Shown here piece after piece: positions 1-13,949 of a DNA stretch of 54,825 nucleotides. The position numbers and the translations under genes were made by a program. Location: positions 1 through 54,825 of the forward strand of contig KZ538673.1 in NCBI GenBank assembly GCA_000934665.2, written 5' to 3'. The notes under the pieces were generated by a model, which saw nothing but the letters and a program-made list of their open reading frames with translations, was not told the DNA's origin and made no database searches. This DNA is from Catajapyx aquilonaris. Taxonomy: Eukaryota. The number at the start of each line of letters is the position of its first letter. Position 1 is the stretch's first letter.

Positions 1-119
1 CAGCGGCCTCAAATTTAGGATTTCGCAATTAGGTGTCGATACCTACCTACATGATTTTTTTCAGTTATATCGGAAGGGGTCGAGCCACCATCATTTACAG
101 GATTGACATGGAATGACCC
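1..119. mobile_element. End of a MITE family terminating in GGAATGACCC (runs off the window edge)
   Basis: Aligns by eye with ~15745-15870 and ~39830-39971, all ending GGAATGACCCA. Confidence 0.65.
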
Positions 120-202
120 AGTAGCAATACAGCAGCACATTCTTTATATACCGTTTTTATCCATTTTTATAGCCCTTGGAACTTTATTTTGAACATATAG
201 TC

Positions 203-553
203 CAGGGGTATTCAACTTGTTTATGACAAGGTCCAATATTTACCTTTCCTGGGCCATTGAAGGTCCGGACCCCCCCCCCCCCCCNNNNNNNNNNNNNNNN
301 NNNNNNNNNNNNNNNNNNNNNNNNNNNNNNNNNNNNNNNNNNNNNNNNNNNNNNNNGGGGGGGGGGGGTTGAAGGTCACACGAGCTTAGGTGAAAGTGGG
401 AGATTTGAATGGGTGTGTATTTGATAAAATTGGTAGCACTTTTTCCAAAAAAAATCATGAATTAGTAATTTCTAATGCTATTTCAAACTGCCCTGTATAT
501 CGTCGCGGTCCGGACAAAATTGCGTCGCGGTCCGCCAGTTGAATGTAGCCCTG
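203..553. mobile_element. hAT-type MITE with 8-bp TSD
   Basis: Ends CAGGGGTATTCAAC / GTTGAATGTAGCCCTG; exact flanking duplication ATATAGTC at 195-202 and 554-561; contains an N gap. Confidence 0.85.
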
Positions 554-1460
554 ATATAGTCTATTATACGTAAATTCGATTATGGACATCATGTGTCGTG
601 TGGTGTCGATCTGTCCAATGCATCTGTTAAAATATGACTGGTTTCTGTTGGGTAGTGCATCGGAATTTAGCGGTGGCCTATGGATTGTACGATGGAAACG
701 GAGAATAAGGCGGGTAGATTCGGTACCGGTATATCTGAAGAATGCTTTCACCAATGACAAAGTGTCCGTTAACATGATCAAGACGTCACACTTCCCATTT
801 TGAAACACACAACTGCCTGCCTCATTGCCCAAAAGTCGTTACCAAAGACAACAAAAAATGACTTTGCACATGATGATGCTGTTAAATATTCGAACCGGGA
901 AGAAAAGTGAAAAGAAAACACGGTGTCCGTCTTCCACTCTCTCCATCCGAAATGAAAACTGTTTTCATGGCAGAAATGGATTGGTTCCACAACTGTACAT
1001 GCCGCGATCACGTCCTCTTATGCATATAAACTCATCCACCGCCAGGTGTCAGCCACATCGTATAGAATGCCATGTCTTGGAAAGGTGGGACAGGAGGAGG
1101 CAGGGCCGTGGGAGGCGAGGGAGAGATAGAAGGCAAGGAACTCTCCTTGGCGTGAGACCCAGTAGTAGTGTAACCTGGGCCACGAGTGAGTGTGTGAGTC
1201 TATGAGTGAGTGAGCCACCAGTGCCTGCTGTTGTTGCCGCCAAACCAGCCAGCAAGATAGTGGAGGGATGCCCTCTTAGGAATGTGGCATTGCCTTCCTT
1301 CGCCCTAAACATTCACTAGCATTCCAGTCGGGGCAGGTCAAAGGTCAGAACCGCTTACTTCTTTTTATTCTACCCGCAGATGCCGCGTTTACATACGGCC
1401 AATCTGCAAGAAACTAATATTGGAAGGACTGCCATATCGAAACGTGCTCCAAATTTGCCG

Positions 1461-1632
1461 GGGTCACACTGGGGGTTTTAAACGCGACGGAATGTCGTGA
1501 TTTCCGAAACACATGGTAGTATACGGGATTCCGTCGGGGTCAGCAACACCGGGTGTTTTTATTATTCTTTTTACGTCTATGTATAGAAAAGTGCGGCGTT
1601 CGTTCCGTCGCGTTTTAAACGACTGGTGTGGC
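1461..1632. mobile_element. Small PIF/Harbinger-like MITE
   Basis: Imperfect TIRs GGTCACACTGG..TTTAAACGCGACGGAA / TTCCGTCGCGTTTTAAAC..CTGGTGTGGCT. Confidence 0.55.
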
Positions 1633-4009
1633 TAACAAGGCTAATTTACGTATCAAAGAGGAAATGGCCTGGTTTACTATAAATTACTATTACCAACCTA
1701 GAGACAACTTAATAATGCATATCATCATGAAGTAATTAACGCTGTTGATATTTTCGGGTTCATTTGTGTCAGGTACGCATGTAATCAGGCGGCAAAAAAT
1801 ATTTATGAAAAACCCCAATTTTTTTCCATATTCTGGATGAATAAAATGAACTTACATTATTGCTCAAAAAAGAAAGAAATACATTTAGGCACAAAAACCA
1901 AAATATATCCTGGCATTATTTTCAACAATTCTGGTCTATCAGTCACTTACTCGTTCCATTGTGACCCGTACAAAATTGTCTCTAACAAGATTTGTTCATT
2001 GCGTGTGATTGCAAAATCCGTTTCCGGCCCCAGAAATATCCGATGCCTTGGCAACTTGAACTCGCGAATGTGAACTGAGCGTAACGGTCGACAATTTGAG
2101 ACCGTAGTGTATTCTGTTACAATTAGCATCGTGAGTCACGGCAAATGATTTTTTATATTACTGTTGCTTTCCGACCGGAGAAAATGAAACACGGTGCACG
2201 TGCATCCGAATTCAAACTAACGGGAATTGTTGAAGTAGGGGGGGGGGGGGNNCACCCCTTTTTTTATATTCGTCAGACACATTGGAATGTGCTACTCCTC
2301 GCTTTCGGATTTTATTGCCCTCAAGTTATTTCTTCGACAGTTTTGACTCGAGTCCATAATAGTGGTGGTTTGTCGTAAATACCGGACTAACTGGTATAGC
2401 GGTATAGCAGGTCCACCATCGCTCCAGAAGATACGGGCCACTGTCCTTAGAATTTTTGAACAATCAAAAATGAAATTTAACAGGCCCGAATGACTCACTT
2501 TTTGGCATAATTACTGCAATATCTGATAGAAACAATTTGGGTCGCATTTTGAATATGCTCTTTAAGTTCAGAAGAGTAGAAATTCTTGAAATTCTCGCAA
2601 GTAGGTCATTTTTTCATGTACAACTCGGTATATGGGTTTATAACTTCTGTATTGGCCCGATCATGTCCAAGATAAAAGGCATACTGTAACTCGAGTCACA
2701 CATCACCACACGGTGTGAAAGAAGGACATTTTGAAAGGTTAATAAAATTGTGTGCGTGAATAGTTGCTGAAGTTAACAATCACCTGATTCGAATTAAATC
2801 CACGATTTTAGTTACTGAGGTATGGCCACCCCTCTCCCCTTCCATTCCCCATCTTCCCCTGAATTATCTCATACTCATTACTGAACAATAGTGGGTATGC
2901 TTTTGCCCTTTCGCAAGAACCTTATTTATAATGTCATGCAAATCCCTATAATTGTACAGTTTTTTTCACGCAGTCCCGGTACCAAGGTCTGTGGGAAGGG
3001 CCACTATAAAGGGAAAGGTGAAGATGAGAGTGCAATGTTAAAACTTTATTTATTTTTGCCAATAACCCCCGGGTAGCAATTGAAAGTCAACCCAGAAACA
3101 AGGTCGGAGAAACCGCAACTTCACACGAAATCGAAACGGGAACCCTATCTTTGGATAAAACCCAGGCTCTCTTTTTTTCCGTATAGGAACGGACATAACC
3201 TTTCGCGGCCTTTCTTCCCAACATATCCATGAGAAAGTTCAGTCGTGCGTTTTATTGCATAATATATTATTTACCCAAACGACAGCGTCACACTGAGCTC
3301 GCTCACACACACGCGCACGCACACAAAAGAATAACTAGCATCCGATAACTTGATTAAAATGTACTGTTATAATATGAACAAGCGACGCTGGTTATACGTA
3401 CACTACAAAAATAAACATGTATATTTTACAATATTGACAATAATCTAAAAGAAGTGCAAATTGTCAGTTTTTCTCTCCTAGAGCATCTGAGCTTAGGCAC
3501 TGATCTCATAAGCCTCATTGTTGAATTTATTGTTTCCAATGTGACGTCAGTATCCAAAAGTTCCGATTCCGCTATTATATACTTATCAACATTTCATCTT
3601 ATACGATACAAAGACGGGTTTACACAGGTGGGGCTTAAGTATACCCCCCACTTGGATACTAGATGATTGATGTGTACAAACCGCCTTAGGATTCGCCTTT
3701 GGAATAGTTGGGTGGGTTCTGTACTGTATACTTTCTCCCCCGAAAGGAATTGTTATGGTATTACTAGTTATTCATTTATTTGCTGCCCTTGGTGGTGAGT
3801 TAGTTAGTTTCGTACTATATCACTGAGCTTCGTACAAGACATTATTGTAAAGTGCTGTGTTCATAGTTTTTCTTTTAACCGGTCCTGGAGTTCTACAGTA
3901 TACCATATATGCGCTGGGGTGATGCTCACAAAAAAAAAAACAACGTCTGATGTGGTAATTTATAGGAATTCAGACACACCATATGCATTTCTTTCCGTAA
4001 TCTGATATA

Positions 4010-4675
4010 CCGTCAAACGGGGGGAGATTGTGCCACTTTTGGAGGGTTTCCTTGCAAGCAAACCAGAGTAACTGATATATCGGAACGAATATTTCATACA
4101 ACATTGCTGCACATCTCACCTTTCAGATCATACATGAAAATAATTTTTATATAGGCCTACTAAGGGAGGGGAGATATCAATTCTTTTCCAGTTTTCCGTC
4201 CCACAATTTCATCCCGTCGTTTGGGTGAGATTGGGCCACCCTATTTAAATGCTTGAAACTGTGGTATAATCTCTCCTCGTCAAGTCCCCCTTTTTCATTC
4301 ATTGGGTCATAGCTCAAGAACATATGCAGATTTAAAAAACGTCAACTCGTATTTACTACCTTAATTATTGGGGTTATCGAAATAATAACTTACCTGGTAA
4401 CGAGAGGCAACCGGCCACTCACGCCACCAACACTATATACCACCAGGTGCAAAACTTGACGAAACTCAAAATTCCAACAATAATTTATTTTACGGGCCTT
4501 ATACCAACAAATCGCGAATTCTCTTTGTGAATGTCAACCTTGTACATTTATCAATGTAATGGAATATGCCTAATTTCGCCAGTTTACGCCTGCTGCCAGT
4601 AGGGTGCGGTGTTGTCCCAAAAAACGTGCTGGCACATTCTCTCCCCGCATGGCACAATCTCCCCCCGTTTGACGG
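4010..4675. mobile_element. pogo-like (Tc1/mariner superfamily) MITE, TA TSD
   Basis: Perfect 26-bp TIR CCGTCAAACGGGGGGAGATTGTGCCA (4010-4035 / 4650-4675) with TA on both sides and subterminal copies of the motif. Confidence 0.9.
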
Positions 4676-5859
4676 TACAGGACTAATACACTTGGAACAC
4701 CCTGTATTTAATAAGATCAAGACTAGGTGGAATTAAACTCTTTACACATCGTGGGTAAACTGGGCACCTGCACTGCAGCCATATATTTTTCATTTAATTT
4801 GATTAGTAAATTGATATGCAGCATGCACTGATTTAAAAAAAAACACTAATAAGAGGATAGATCATTCCAAACAACGAAAGCCACACACTTGTATTAAACA
4901 TCGATTGTGTACGCCAGAATATAACTGTTCGGTATTCCCCAAAGGGAGTGCCCCTATTCCTTATACTGTATGATGGGATAAAACTAGGACCCTGCAGCGT
5001 TCACAAGCTCGTGAGAATAGGTCGTATCGAGAGCGAGAAGCCAATTCTCGCACTCCATTCGTCCGCTGACTTCTAAAATGTCTCGATTTCCCTCGAAAAG
5101 GCCGATTCCCTCGAGGTTGTTGAACACACCTTAAGGCAGAACTTTCTTGAGTTTAATGTGCATAATGTTAATGTGACGTTTTTTGTGAGCAGAATTAAGT
5201 GGCTCTAAATCTAAACTGCTAATATCTTACACCTGAAAAACAATGCCAACAAACAAGGCATATTTTGGTTCAGGAACTAAGCTTTTTGGCGGAAAATGTA
5301 CATAATACTGTGAATGGAAAAAGTAAAAGGCAGAATTTTCAGTGACAATCAACAAGGGATACAGGGGTCGGAAAGATTGCGAATTTAGGAGTAGGTTGGA
5401 ATTTGCAGTTGTGCAATTTTGATATTAACTTTTATAGCAATGATAGAAAAAGGCCGATTTTTATTTGCTGTGTATCTTGCTCTTTACGAACGATAATGAA
5501 TGAAATCAACGATTGCGTAATTATTTTTACAATGTTGATAACCCTTCAAATGGGGTATGCTAATACAATGGGGTACCTTACCAATTTAATTAAATGTAAA
5601 TTTTCGTAAACAAGGCCCAACTAAATTAATTACCCCCATTTTGTAAGTTATTGCTACAAAAAATAAAAAAATCCACACCTTCATGCTTGCCTTCATGTCT
5701 CTTCCAGCAGTCCTTTGAATTTCGATAATATTGTCAATTCGCAAGGTTTTTCCCTCCGTGATCTCGGTTGATTGTCATTTTGTACAATTTTAGCTTACAC
5801 TAATTCAGTCGCACTACGATGAGCCTTTTCAACCCAAAAGAATAGTGTTTCGAGCAAAA

Positions 5860-6130
5860 TCATGTCCTGCAGATTTCACCTTATTATTTTGAGGGGTCTG
5901 AGATTTTAAAAAATAAATAAAAAACGGCCGAATCCACTTTTGGTGCGGTGTAACACAAATACATGCAGCAATTATGTATTTTAATGTCATTGGGTATTAA
6001 TTGCACATTTGCATATGTAGCTGAAGTGCGGCAACATATGGACATAAAAATTTCCAGATTTCCCAGTGAAAGTTAAGTAATCCTCAGTTTTTGCTCATTT
6101 TACGACCAGTTTTTCCGTGTGGACTTGTCC
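5860..6130 (+). repeat. Dispersed repeat; inverted copy at ~31285-31610
   Basis: GTAACACAAATACATGCAGCAATTATGTATTTTAATGTCATTGGGTATTAATTGCACATTTGCATATGTA is a near-exact reverse complement of ~31476-31545. Confidence 0.8.
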
Positions 6131-9100
6131 GTGATTTAATATCTCACACCCCTCATTTGTTAGCATTCCCTGTATTTTCCATTCTAGGAAAATCTGCAAA
6201 CCTAGCTGTTTTTGTATGGTCCCACATTATACTGTATACCTGTAATACTTGTCATATTTACAGTATTAATCATCCAAGTCTTTTCACTAGTCAATTAGGA
6301 TCTATATGACGTCTAACAGAATTTACAACTGGAAAGAAAAAAATGGTATGAAAGTCAATTCCAACTTCCTCCTTTTTTACTCAGACAACCCTGTCCTTAA
6401 CAGTACAATGCTTTCTATTGCAATCGGGCTGTGGAAAACGTTATAAAAATGATTTGTGTAATTCGCATTGGTCCACGCTAACTCCTGCCTACCTGCACTG
6501 AGTCAGGTGGATAACCCTCTTGGTATCGTTCAAATTGTGCACCTAATATCTTGCAGTAAATTGACAATAAACTTTCGATTTTTAGGCACGACAATGCCAT
6601 TTCTAATATCCAGTTGATGCGAAGCAGCCGAAGCTTCAAGTCACCGTTACGAACCACTCCTGCACATCCAGCATGCATTGACCCAAAATGTTGATCCCCA
6701 GCGAGGCTGGCATACATGTTTATGCCATATATGTTAATTTCAAAAACTGTTCTGCCTGGCTTGAATAGAATTACTGCAGTTTTCATAGTGTCCTTGAGAA
6801 CAAGTCTACCCACTCTCACCTGAAACACTCGCTCACTCAACGCCCTAGTAATCGCCCCATTTATCCGATATCATTCTTTACTCCAAATCGTTCCACTGCG
6901 TCCCAAAGGCAGTGAAAGTTCAACTCTGTCCACTTACTCAGTTCCATGTTTTTGCTTTTTTTTCTCCAGTCTCTCTCTCTCAGCAGCATCTCAAGCGTAA
7001 CGACAGTGAAAGGTTCGCACACTATCAATTGGGCATATAATATATTTTTTTTTATTATTTCCTGGACTTAGTCTCGCTCCAATTCCGGCTGAAGCAGTTG
7101 AGAATTTTCCACGAAGCGTTTTTTCCCACAGACAAACAACAAGAGTGATTCCCAGCCTTAACAATGGCCACTCAGACCAGCCATCCCACAGGAATATTGC
7201 TATTGATGAGATGTCAATCTTGTTCTCAACGAGGTCACTCTCTGTAGGTCACCTGACGCTTATTTTCTCGGGCATACACGTGAAACTGGAGGTTTGCAAA
7301 GCTGGGTCAATTTCTGTCCATGAACTAGTGAGTCTCAATGATCCCTTGCTATCATGTAACGTATTACCGCATTCCAAAAGTACCGTTGTACCGTAAAATC
7401 TTTCACAAAAATCAACATAGCCTTATGGTGCACAACAGTGTACAGTATTTTTATTTGCAAAAAATGAAATCTGAGAGGTTCGTCGTGTTACAAAAAAAAT
7501 ATCCTGAAACTGACCTAACTTATCCCTGACTGCCATAATCTCAGGAAGCGAGAATATATTATATAGTGTCGATCACAGCCCAGTCAATCCAGTATATTGT
7601 ATATTCTAGATCAGTATGAGAGCTATACAGATCATTACATCTTAACTAGATCATGGAGGTTGCTTGCCCACCTCAATTTTGTAAACAAAAAAATTACACG
7701 GGCACACCGTCATCAACGTGCCCGTTATGCCAATCGTGGCCTTGATACTCAAAACTGTTTGTGTAATGGGAACACCTTACATTGGATTTGGTCATACCAC
7801 ACCTTCCTTTACTCTGTCAATTTTAAAACGCCAATCTTGGCATGGTTCGAGATTTTTTTAAATATACAAAAAATGAATGTAAGATTTCGGACCGTTTTGG
7901 TAACATTTAACCCTCATCTTACTTGCAGAGAGATGGATGAATATTTGGTCATTCTGTATGCAAATCGCAGGGTCCTGTCACCGGATGTTCGTCTTTTATG
8001 GCACGAGCGGCTATGAATAATATTTTGAGTCCCGACTCACCCTGTACAGAAACAGAGAAATGAAGTCGTTTATCCTGATCTTCCAGCCTACCCTTTTTTA
8101 CCCGGATCAACCTGGTGGAATGTCTCAGGAGTCGGGAGGGTGGTGGTCAGAAGTAGAGAAGGGGGCAAGGTCAGCGCGATCATGTTCACCCCATAGGCTA
8201 CACACCCAGCAGGATTCAGGGACGAGGACTGACGAGCTGACCTCCGACTACTTGCTGGCCTTCATCTAATCCGCTACACTGGGAGGAAACATATCGGGAA
8301 CAAAGTTCCAGACGCTGTACCTATTCATATTACACCAATGCAGTGTCCTGAACATAATAATTCCTGCCAAAGGACACGCCAACTGCACACGTTTCTCTAT
8401 TCACGTGTATAGTCGTCCCAGGGGATTTGAAGTAGAGTTTCCATACGCAACTGGAACCTGGCATACGCCATACCCACGTTGAAATTTTTTACCACCTGGC
8501 ATCTGTTCATTTCTCCAGGGTAAACATAGGAACCAGGTGGGAGGGGGGGGGGGNNNNGGGGGGGGGAGGGGGGGGGGGCTGAAAATTAAGGAAAACCACA
8601 CCTGGCCGTGCAGTCTTCTCTTTGGCCTCTTACAGCAGATCTAATATGTACAATAGCCATGCTACCGTGCCGATCAATTTAGATGACGAATAGTTAAATA
8701 CAAAGAAAATGAATTAAAATGTTTCTGAAGACAACCAAATATGCATGAGTTTTAGACGGATATTACTCAACTTGTGATGTACGTAGTCGTAGTGCTTTAA
8801 AAAACTAACATTATAAGAGGAAGGCCTACTTACATTTCCATATCAACAGATTATCATCATATCCTGCTATCTGCATAGTATTAAAAACACAACAAACACA
8901 CAAAATGATGTATGTACGCAATGAAGGAAACGATAGAATCAGAGTTGTTATTCGAGTGAGAGCTTGAGCAGATGGAGGGAGGTACAGGAAGCTAAAGGCA
9001 GGTATCCAAAACAGCGTTATACAAACATGGTGTACCTAATATTAATGAGCAGTCCCGTAAGAAGCTTTCGGTTGACAATTACAGCATTCCCCAACAAGTG

Positions 9101-11531
9101 CTGCGTCAGTTGGATTACACATGACACTAGCAATCCAGCATTAACACAATATACTTGTACAGTACATTGGATGGAGCCTGCTGGATGGAGTTTTTTTTTA
9201 TTTCCGTCTATAGTAACTGGACCTTTTGCCGCAGGGTGCTTACAAGTGAATGTATGCGTACTGTACACAAACTTTAAAAAAAAAGTATTCTCAACACTTC
9301 ATTTATATGGAGGCTCAACGCTACAGTAGACTACCTAGATTTCAAAACTTCCTGTCGATGGGTCACACTATATAGGGCAGTTATGTTCGACATAGCTTGT
9401 TCATTATCTTTGCGAAGCACACCTACCATACACTTCTGAATTTTTATCACGCCATGGAGGACTTTACTAGTTCTCGCAATGATATGAACGAATATAACAT
9501 ATGTACAGTACGTAGTGTATAGTACTATGTTCTAATTTGATACGGTGTAAGTTTAAAAGGGTATGGCAGGGTATTTTCTGTGGTGGATTTGGCTATATAC
9601 GCTGTTGCTGCGAATATAGCACGACCATCATAGGATAATGGAATGCATGTTAGGGGGCGGGATGGAGGTGGGGTTGAGGTACAGGTGATATGGTCCGTGG
9701 AGAACTTCCTTACCGCCATGCACTAGTTATGACTTTCTTCAAAAAATCTAAATATATTACTCTATATAAGTAAAATAGTTTTGTAATATTTTTTGTGCAC
9801 ACACCAAATTGGAAGTTTTGCGGATATTCCTGTAACATACAGTACCGTCATGGAACATAATTGGTGTCCTAATTTCGTGATTGACGCGATTACTTATCAT
9901 AACCATAAAACCGTAAAAAAATTGGGGCCAAGATATCATCTTAGGACAGTAAGCCAGTATCTTCCGACGTCGTCCAATTATCGAGTATGGCTCTATGTTG
10001 CATATGTCATTAGGAGTGCATTCAATTGACACTAATTTCATGCGACCATACGCCAAAAATACTTCATACATTCAGAAGGAACTAAAGACCACCTGCATGT
10101 CACAGGAAAATAATTAGAACTGCCAAGCAAATTATACTGGGGATTATACTTTTTGACGCTTATTACTCCTCATTAATGAGTCCTCTACAAATAGCGTTAA
10201 AATCCTGTAAAATTATGAAGTATTACTATTTTGTATTCATCTAGTCTTTAATATCCCAAATGAATTCCGATGACAGAAAAATAATATTTATATGTACGGA
10301 ATCGCAAAATTAAGAGTGTATGAGCTGATGATGTCCGAAACAGTATTCTGCAATACTTCGCGTGAGAGGGGAACGATATGCAATCATACCAAATTAATTA
10401 TATTTTAAGGCAGCATAAACCATTTCAGAATAATTAAGGAAAATGAAATTTCAGTACGGCAGTCCTAGAAGGACTTGCTGTATATGCCTATGAATTACAG
10501 TATTAATGCTGCTGAAATGAATCCATAGGATGAACTTACTGCAGGTCATTAACGATAACCAGAAGACATCAGGATGCAATAATGCCGATTGGACTCGGAG
10601 TAACACCTCCCCATTCATTCCCGGAAATGGGTCTGTGCACGCTTTTGACTACAGCGACCTTTTTTCCACACTAGGAGTCCATTGTTGGCAGGAATGCTAG
10701 CATGCCTACACGCAGACGGACATGATTTTCTTTCATGCAGCAATGAGCCATTGTGGGTCCTCCAGATCGGAAAATGTATGCCTCCTCTACAGCACACCCT
10801 CCGCGTCCAAACTTGGCGATGTTGCTGAAGATACCATATCGGACACCACCTGAACAATGCTCATCGTTCTGTCGCATAATCTGCGAGTCCCAACACATGC
10901 TAATTACGTCACGTGGACAACCTACTTGCGCAGTCACGGATACCACCGAGCGCCTTCCCTGGAAACTCTCTCAAACAATATTCTCTTGTCTTGCCGAGTT
11001 CACAAGAAATTTATGCCATTTCCGGTGCCCAACCCTCAAGCATGGGTGACGGTCGGCGTTACAAAAGCCCAACAATCGCTTTCGTGAGCTGCACGCCCCA
11101 ATAGAGAGGAGCCATTTCTGGCATCCAACAACCACCTATTCAATCAGGAACGGATGACATTATTACCGGTATTTATTCTGTTAGTCTACTTAAATGGTGG
11201 CATCACTTTCTGGGCGTCTGTTAACTGGAGCATGGAGCGAATTCAAGTCCAATGTACCATTTAAGTAGGGCAATGAGGCATCTTTGCAACAACTGCCTAG
11301 AGGGATCCAACAAAAGAAAACAAGTTTTTAAACTACAGTCGCCATGCAACCTTGCGAGTATCCAACATGCAAGGTCCTTGATTCCCAGCAACCTGTGCGT
11401 AGTCTTTGGCCCCCTTTTGCTAAAACACCGGAAGACGGGCCTAATAACACATTTTCTTTCGCCAGCATGCCGTTGCCCTACCACTGTACTACACAACTAA
11501 CAAGAACTGTACCAAGGAAATAATAATAATA

Positions 11532-11632
11532 CAGTTGAATCTGGATATAATACACAAGCCATATATGGAAGTATGCCGGGACCGACCTTTTGAGTCTGTT
11601 ATAGCCGAGGGTGTTATATCCAGATTCAACTG
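11532..11632. mobile_element. 101-bp Tigger/pogo-like MITE
   Basis: TA-CAGTTGAATCTGGATATAA ... TTATATCCAGATTCAACTG-TA. Confidence 0.85.
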
Positions 11633-12229
11633 TAACAATATACCCTAAATGATGAGGTCATTAAAACAACTAAGGTCATACAAAATATATTTTGACCTCA
11701 GTGACCGGGTTGGTGCTTAAGTTGTTAGACCTTGAAAGAACCCCCCAAAAAAACTATATGCACGACACCTGCCCACTTCACATATCCTACAAGAAAGGGT
11801 GTGTCATACTTGTTGGTGGGAATAGGGAGGGGTAGGTAACCCACATTTTGAGAAAGGATGAGGAACCGGACTGTAGTGGACCAACCAGCCAACTTAACTG
11901 CTCCAGATTGGATTCGAGTGTATAATGCTGTTAGCCGGATTTCCCTTCAGAAGATTACAGTGCCGTTTGGCTTTTTTCCGCCAGCATCATGCGTGACTAT
12001 CACTCACTTGTTACTTGCCAAATTGACTGCCCATTTTCATCCTTATGCTGCTGGACCCCAGATCAATTCACTGAACAAGTTGGCTTAAATTTGCAGAGGA
12101 CCACCAATGCGTTACAATATGAAATTCGTATAGTGTTTCTATACTTATCTGCAGAAACATATCACTAATAAAGTAACTTAAGTATAATAAAAATCCTGCT
12201 ACAATATACTTTTCTTGGGGTAGTATTTG

Positions 12230-12440
12230 GAATCCTGTCCCTGAACCATGTCCTAACAGGACGTCAAACTTTCTCATCATTTCCGCCAGGCTGGCAGTGA
12301 AGACCTTTTTTGACCTTTTCAAACAAGTCTAAGTGCAAGTAAGCTTGGTCAGAACGGCATGCCTGAGTGTCAGAACCCTTCAGTAGGAGTCAAATATTGG
12401 TAGTTAACTTCTTGCATGCCAGAGAGATCCCAGCAAAATC
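12230..12440 (-). pseudogene. Possible decayed mariner transposase C-terminal fragment
   Basis: Minus frame reads ..SDQAYLHLDLFEKVKKGLHCQPGGNDEKV*RPVRTWFRD, loosely like the mariner SD.HLF..LK..L....F..DEEV...V..WF segment; contains stops. Confidence 0.35.
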
Positions 12441-13949
12441 CAAGATGTTGGAGAAAAATATGTAGGCCTATTAACGCATAAGGATATGCTATCATCACAT
12501 GCAAACGTTTTTTTATTGTTTTTTTAGCAAATCTCGTGGTAACAATAAAGTGGGCCGTACGGTACGATTAGGTATTGTACGTGTAGCCGTATGAAAAAAG
12601 TTTGTCCTTTACTGAACAACTTAGCGGCTTGACGGTGACACAGCATTCGAAAGTACAAAATTACACGGCCTTTTGCAAATGGCTACTTCTAATCCTTTCT
12701 ATTCACCTTTTGTCGATGGTACACTACAACAAATTCTGCACAAACCTATTTCTTTGGCCAAAAACTAGCATTGTCCGGTTCCCAGTCGGGAATCCACCAA
12801 ACCTGCATTCAGTCACCACCATTTTACCGTATCATATGACCTGTCAAAGTACTTCTGACACTTGAATGCTTCCCCCTCTCCTTTCATTTACAAAACATAA
12901 CCATGCAGTTCTTTCTCGCGTAAAACTGGTAATCAAGGCCAGTAGTATAAAGGGTGGGGCTTTGTATGCGTGACGTGATGTAAGTCACGCTCCTTTTGCA
13001 GCTGAATTTTCGCGTAACAAATGAATCCAGAAATTCTCGCGCACCACGGGTCCCATATGACCCTCCCCAATTCTGGGACAACGCCCAGGGTGACAGGAGC
13101 AATATTAGTGAACATACCCTGAAGCCACTGTACCGTTGTGAGCACAAAAAATACAAATTGCTTGCTTAGGGTGTGGTAGGTCACGCGGTATGGCCATGCT
13201 TGATATACCCGATCAAAACGCATCACGCTTATGGAAAGTCACTCGGCTTTATCGGAAAGTCTTCCTTCCGAGTCCATTTCTGATTGTGTCAGATGTCCCT
13301 AGCTTACAGTATGATGGCATACCGGTGCGGTCATGCAGTGAAAAGAGCCGGGTGTGCAGCCGCAATGGACACGCTAAGCACAACGGCTTCTGATCAATTC
13401 AGGTGTCACAGTCTGCGATTGCGGAAGTGAAGGTGGGCAGGGATGAGGGGGTGCTTGAATGGCCTAGGAATAGCGGGTAACCTGCAAACCCAGCTGAGCA
13501 TACATACAACGAACACTTCGGAAACCAGCAGCATGATTCCCTCGGCGAAGGAACATGGCTTCGGGGAACATTACCGTATTCGACCGTTACTTCAAAGGAC
13601 AATGATGTTGCCCGTACGTGCTAACGACTCTGAAGGAGAAGAAGAAAGACATCCTGTGCCACCTCAACATATCCAAAATAATCATTCTCAAACACGTAGC
13701 CCCTTGCGGTACAAGCCCTCTATCTCCACTATTAAAAATCCGTATCGCATTATACAAGTAGAATGACACGTCGAACAATAAACCAGCGGAAAGGATGTAT
13801 TGTTATCCGGCAAAGATAATAATGAAAGCACTAACGGAAAAACACGAAATTCACAGGCATTAATAATACCAAGTTGAGAATGTCACTGAGTCGATGCTGC
13901 TAATATAAATAGTTCCTTATTCTATACATTATATACGTAGGCTACAGTA

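Noticed and set aside
270..368. C-run / N gap / G-run (and other G tracts with Ns) as G-quadruplex or hairpin elements
   Set aside because: Homopolymers at assembly gaps; true lengths and sequence are unknown.
6478..6700. Minus-strand stretch with AG/GT ends as a downstream TEP1 exon
   Set aside because: The translation shows no TEP1 motif I recognise and the acceptor lacks a pyrimidine tract.
9080..9190. YTCTVHWMEPAGW as a hAT transposase fragment
   Set aside because: Too short and lacks the catalytic D context; needs an HMM search.
10325..10341. CTGATGA..CGAAAC as a hammerhead ribozyme core
   Set aside because: No stem II can form and I found no supporting stems I and III.
10753..11049. 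PPEQCSSFC..QHML as a LINE C-terminal zinc knuckle; also HYRIRPLL at ~13570 as piggyBac
   Set aside because: Only a few residues match and no flanking domain supports either call.
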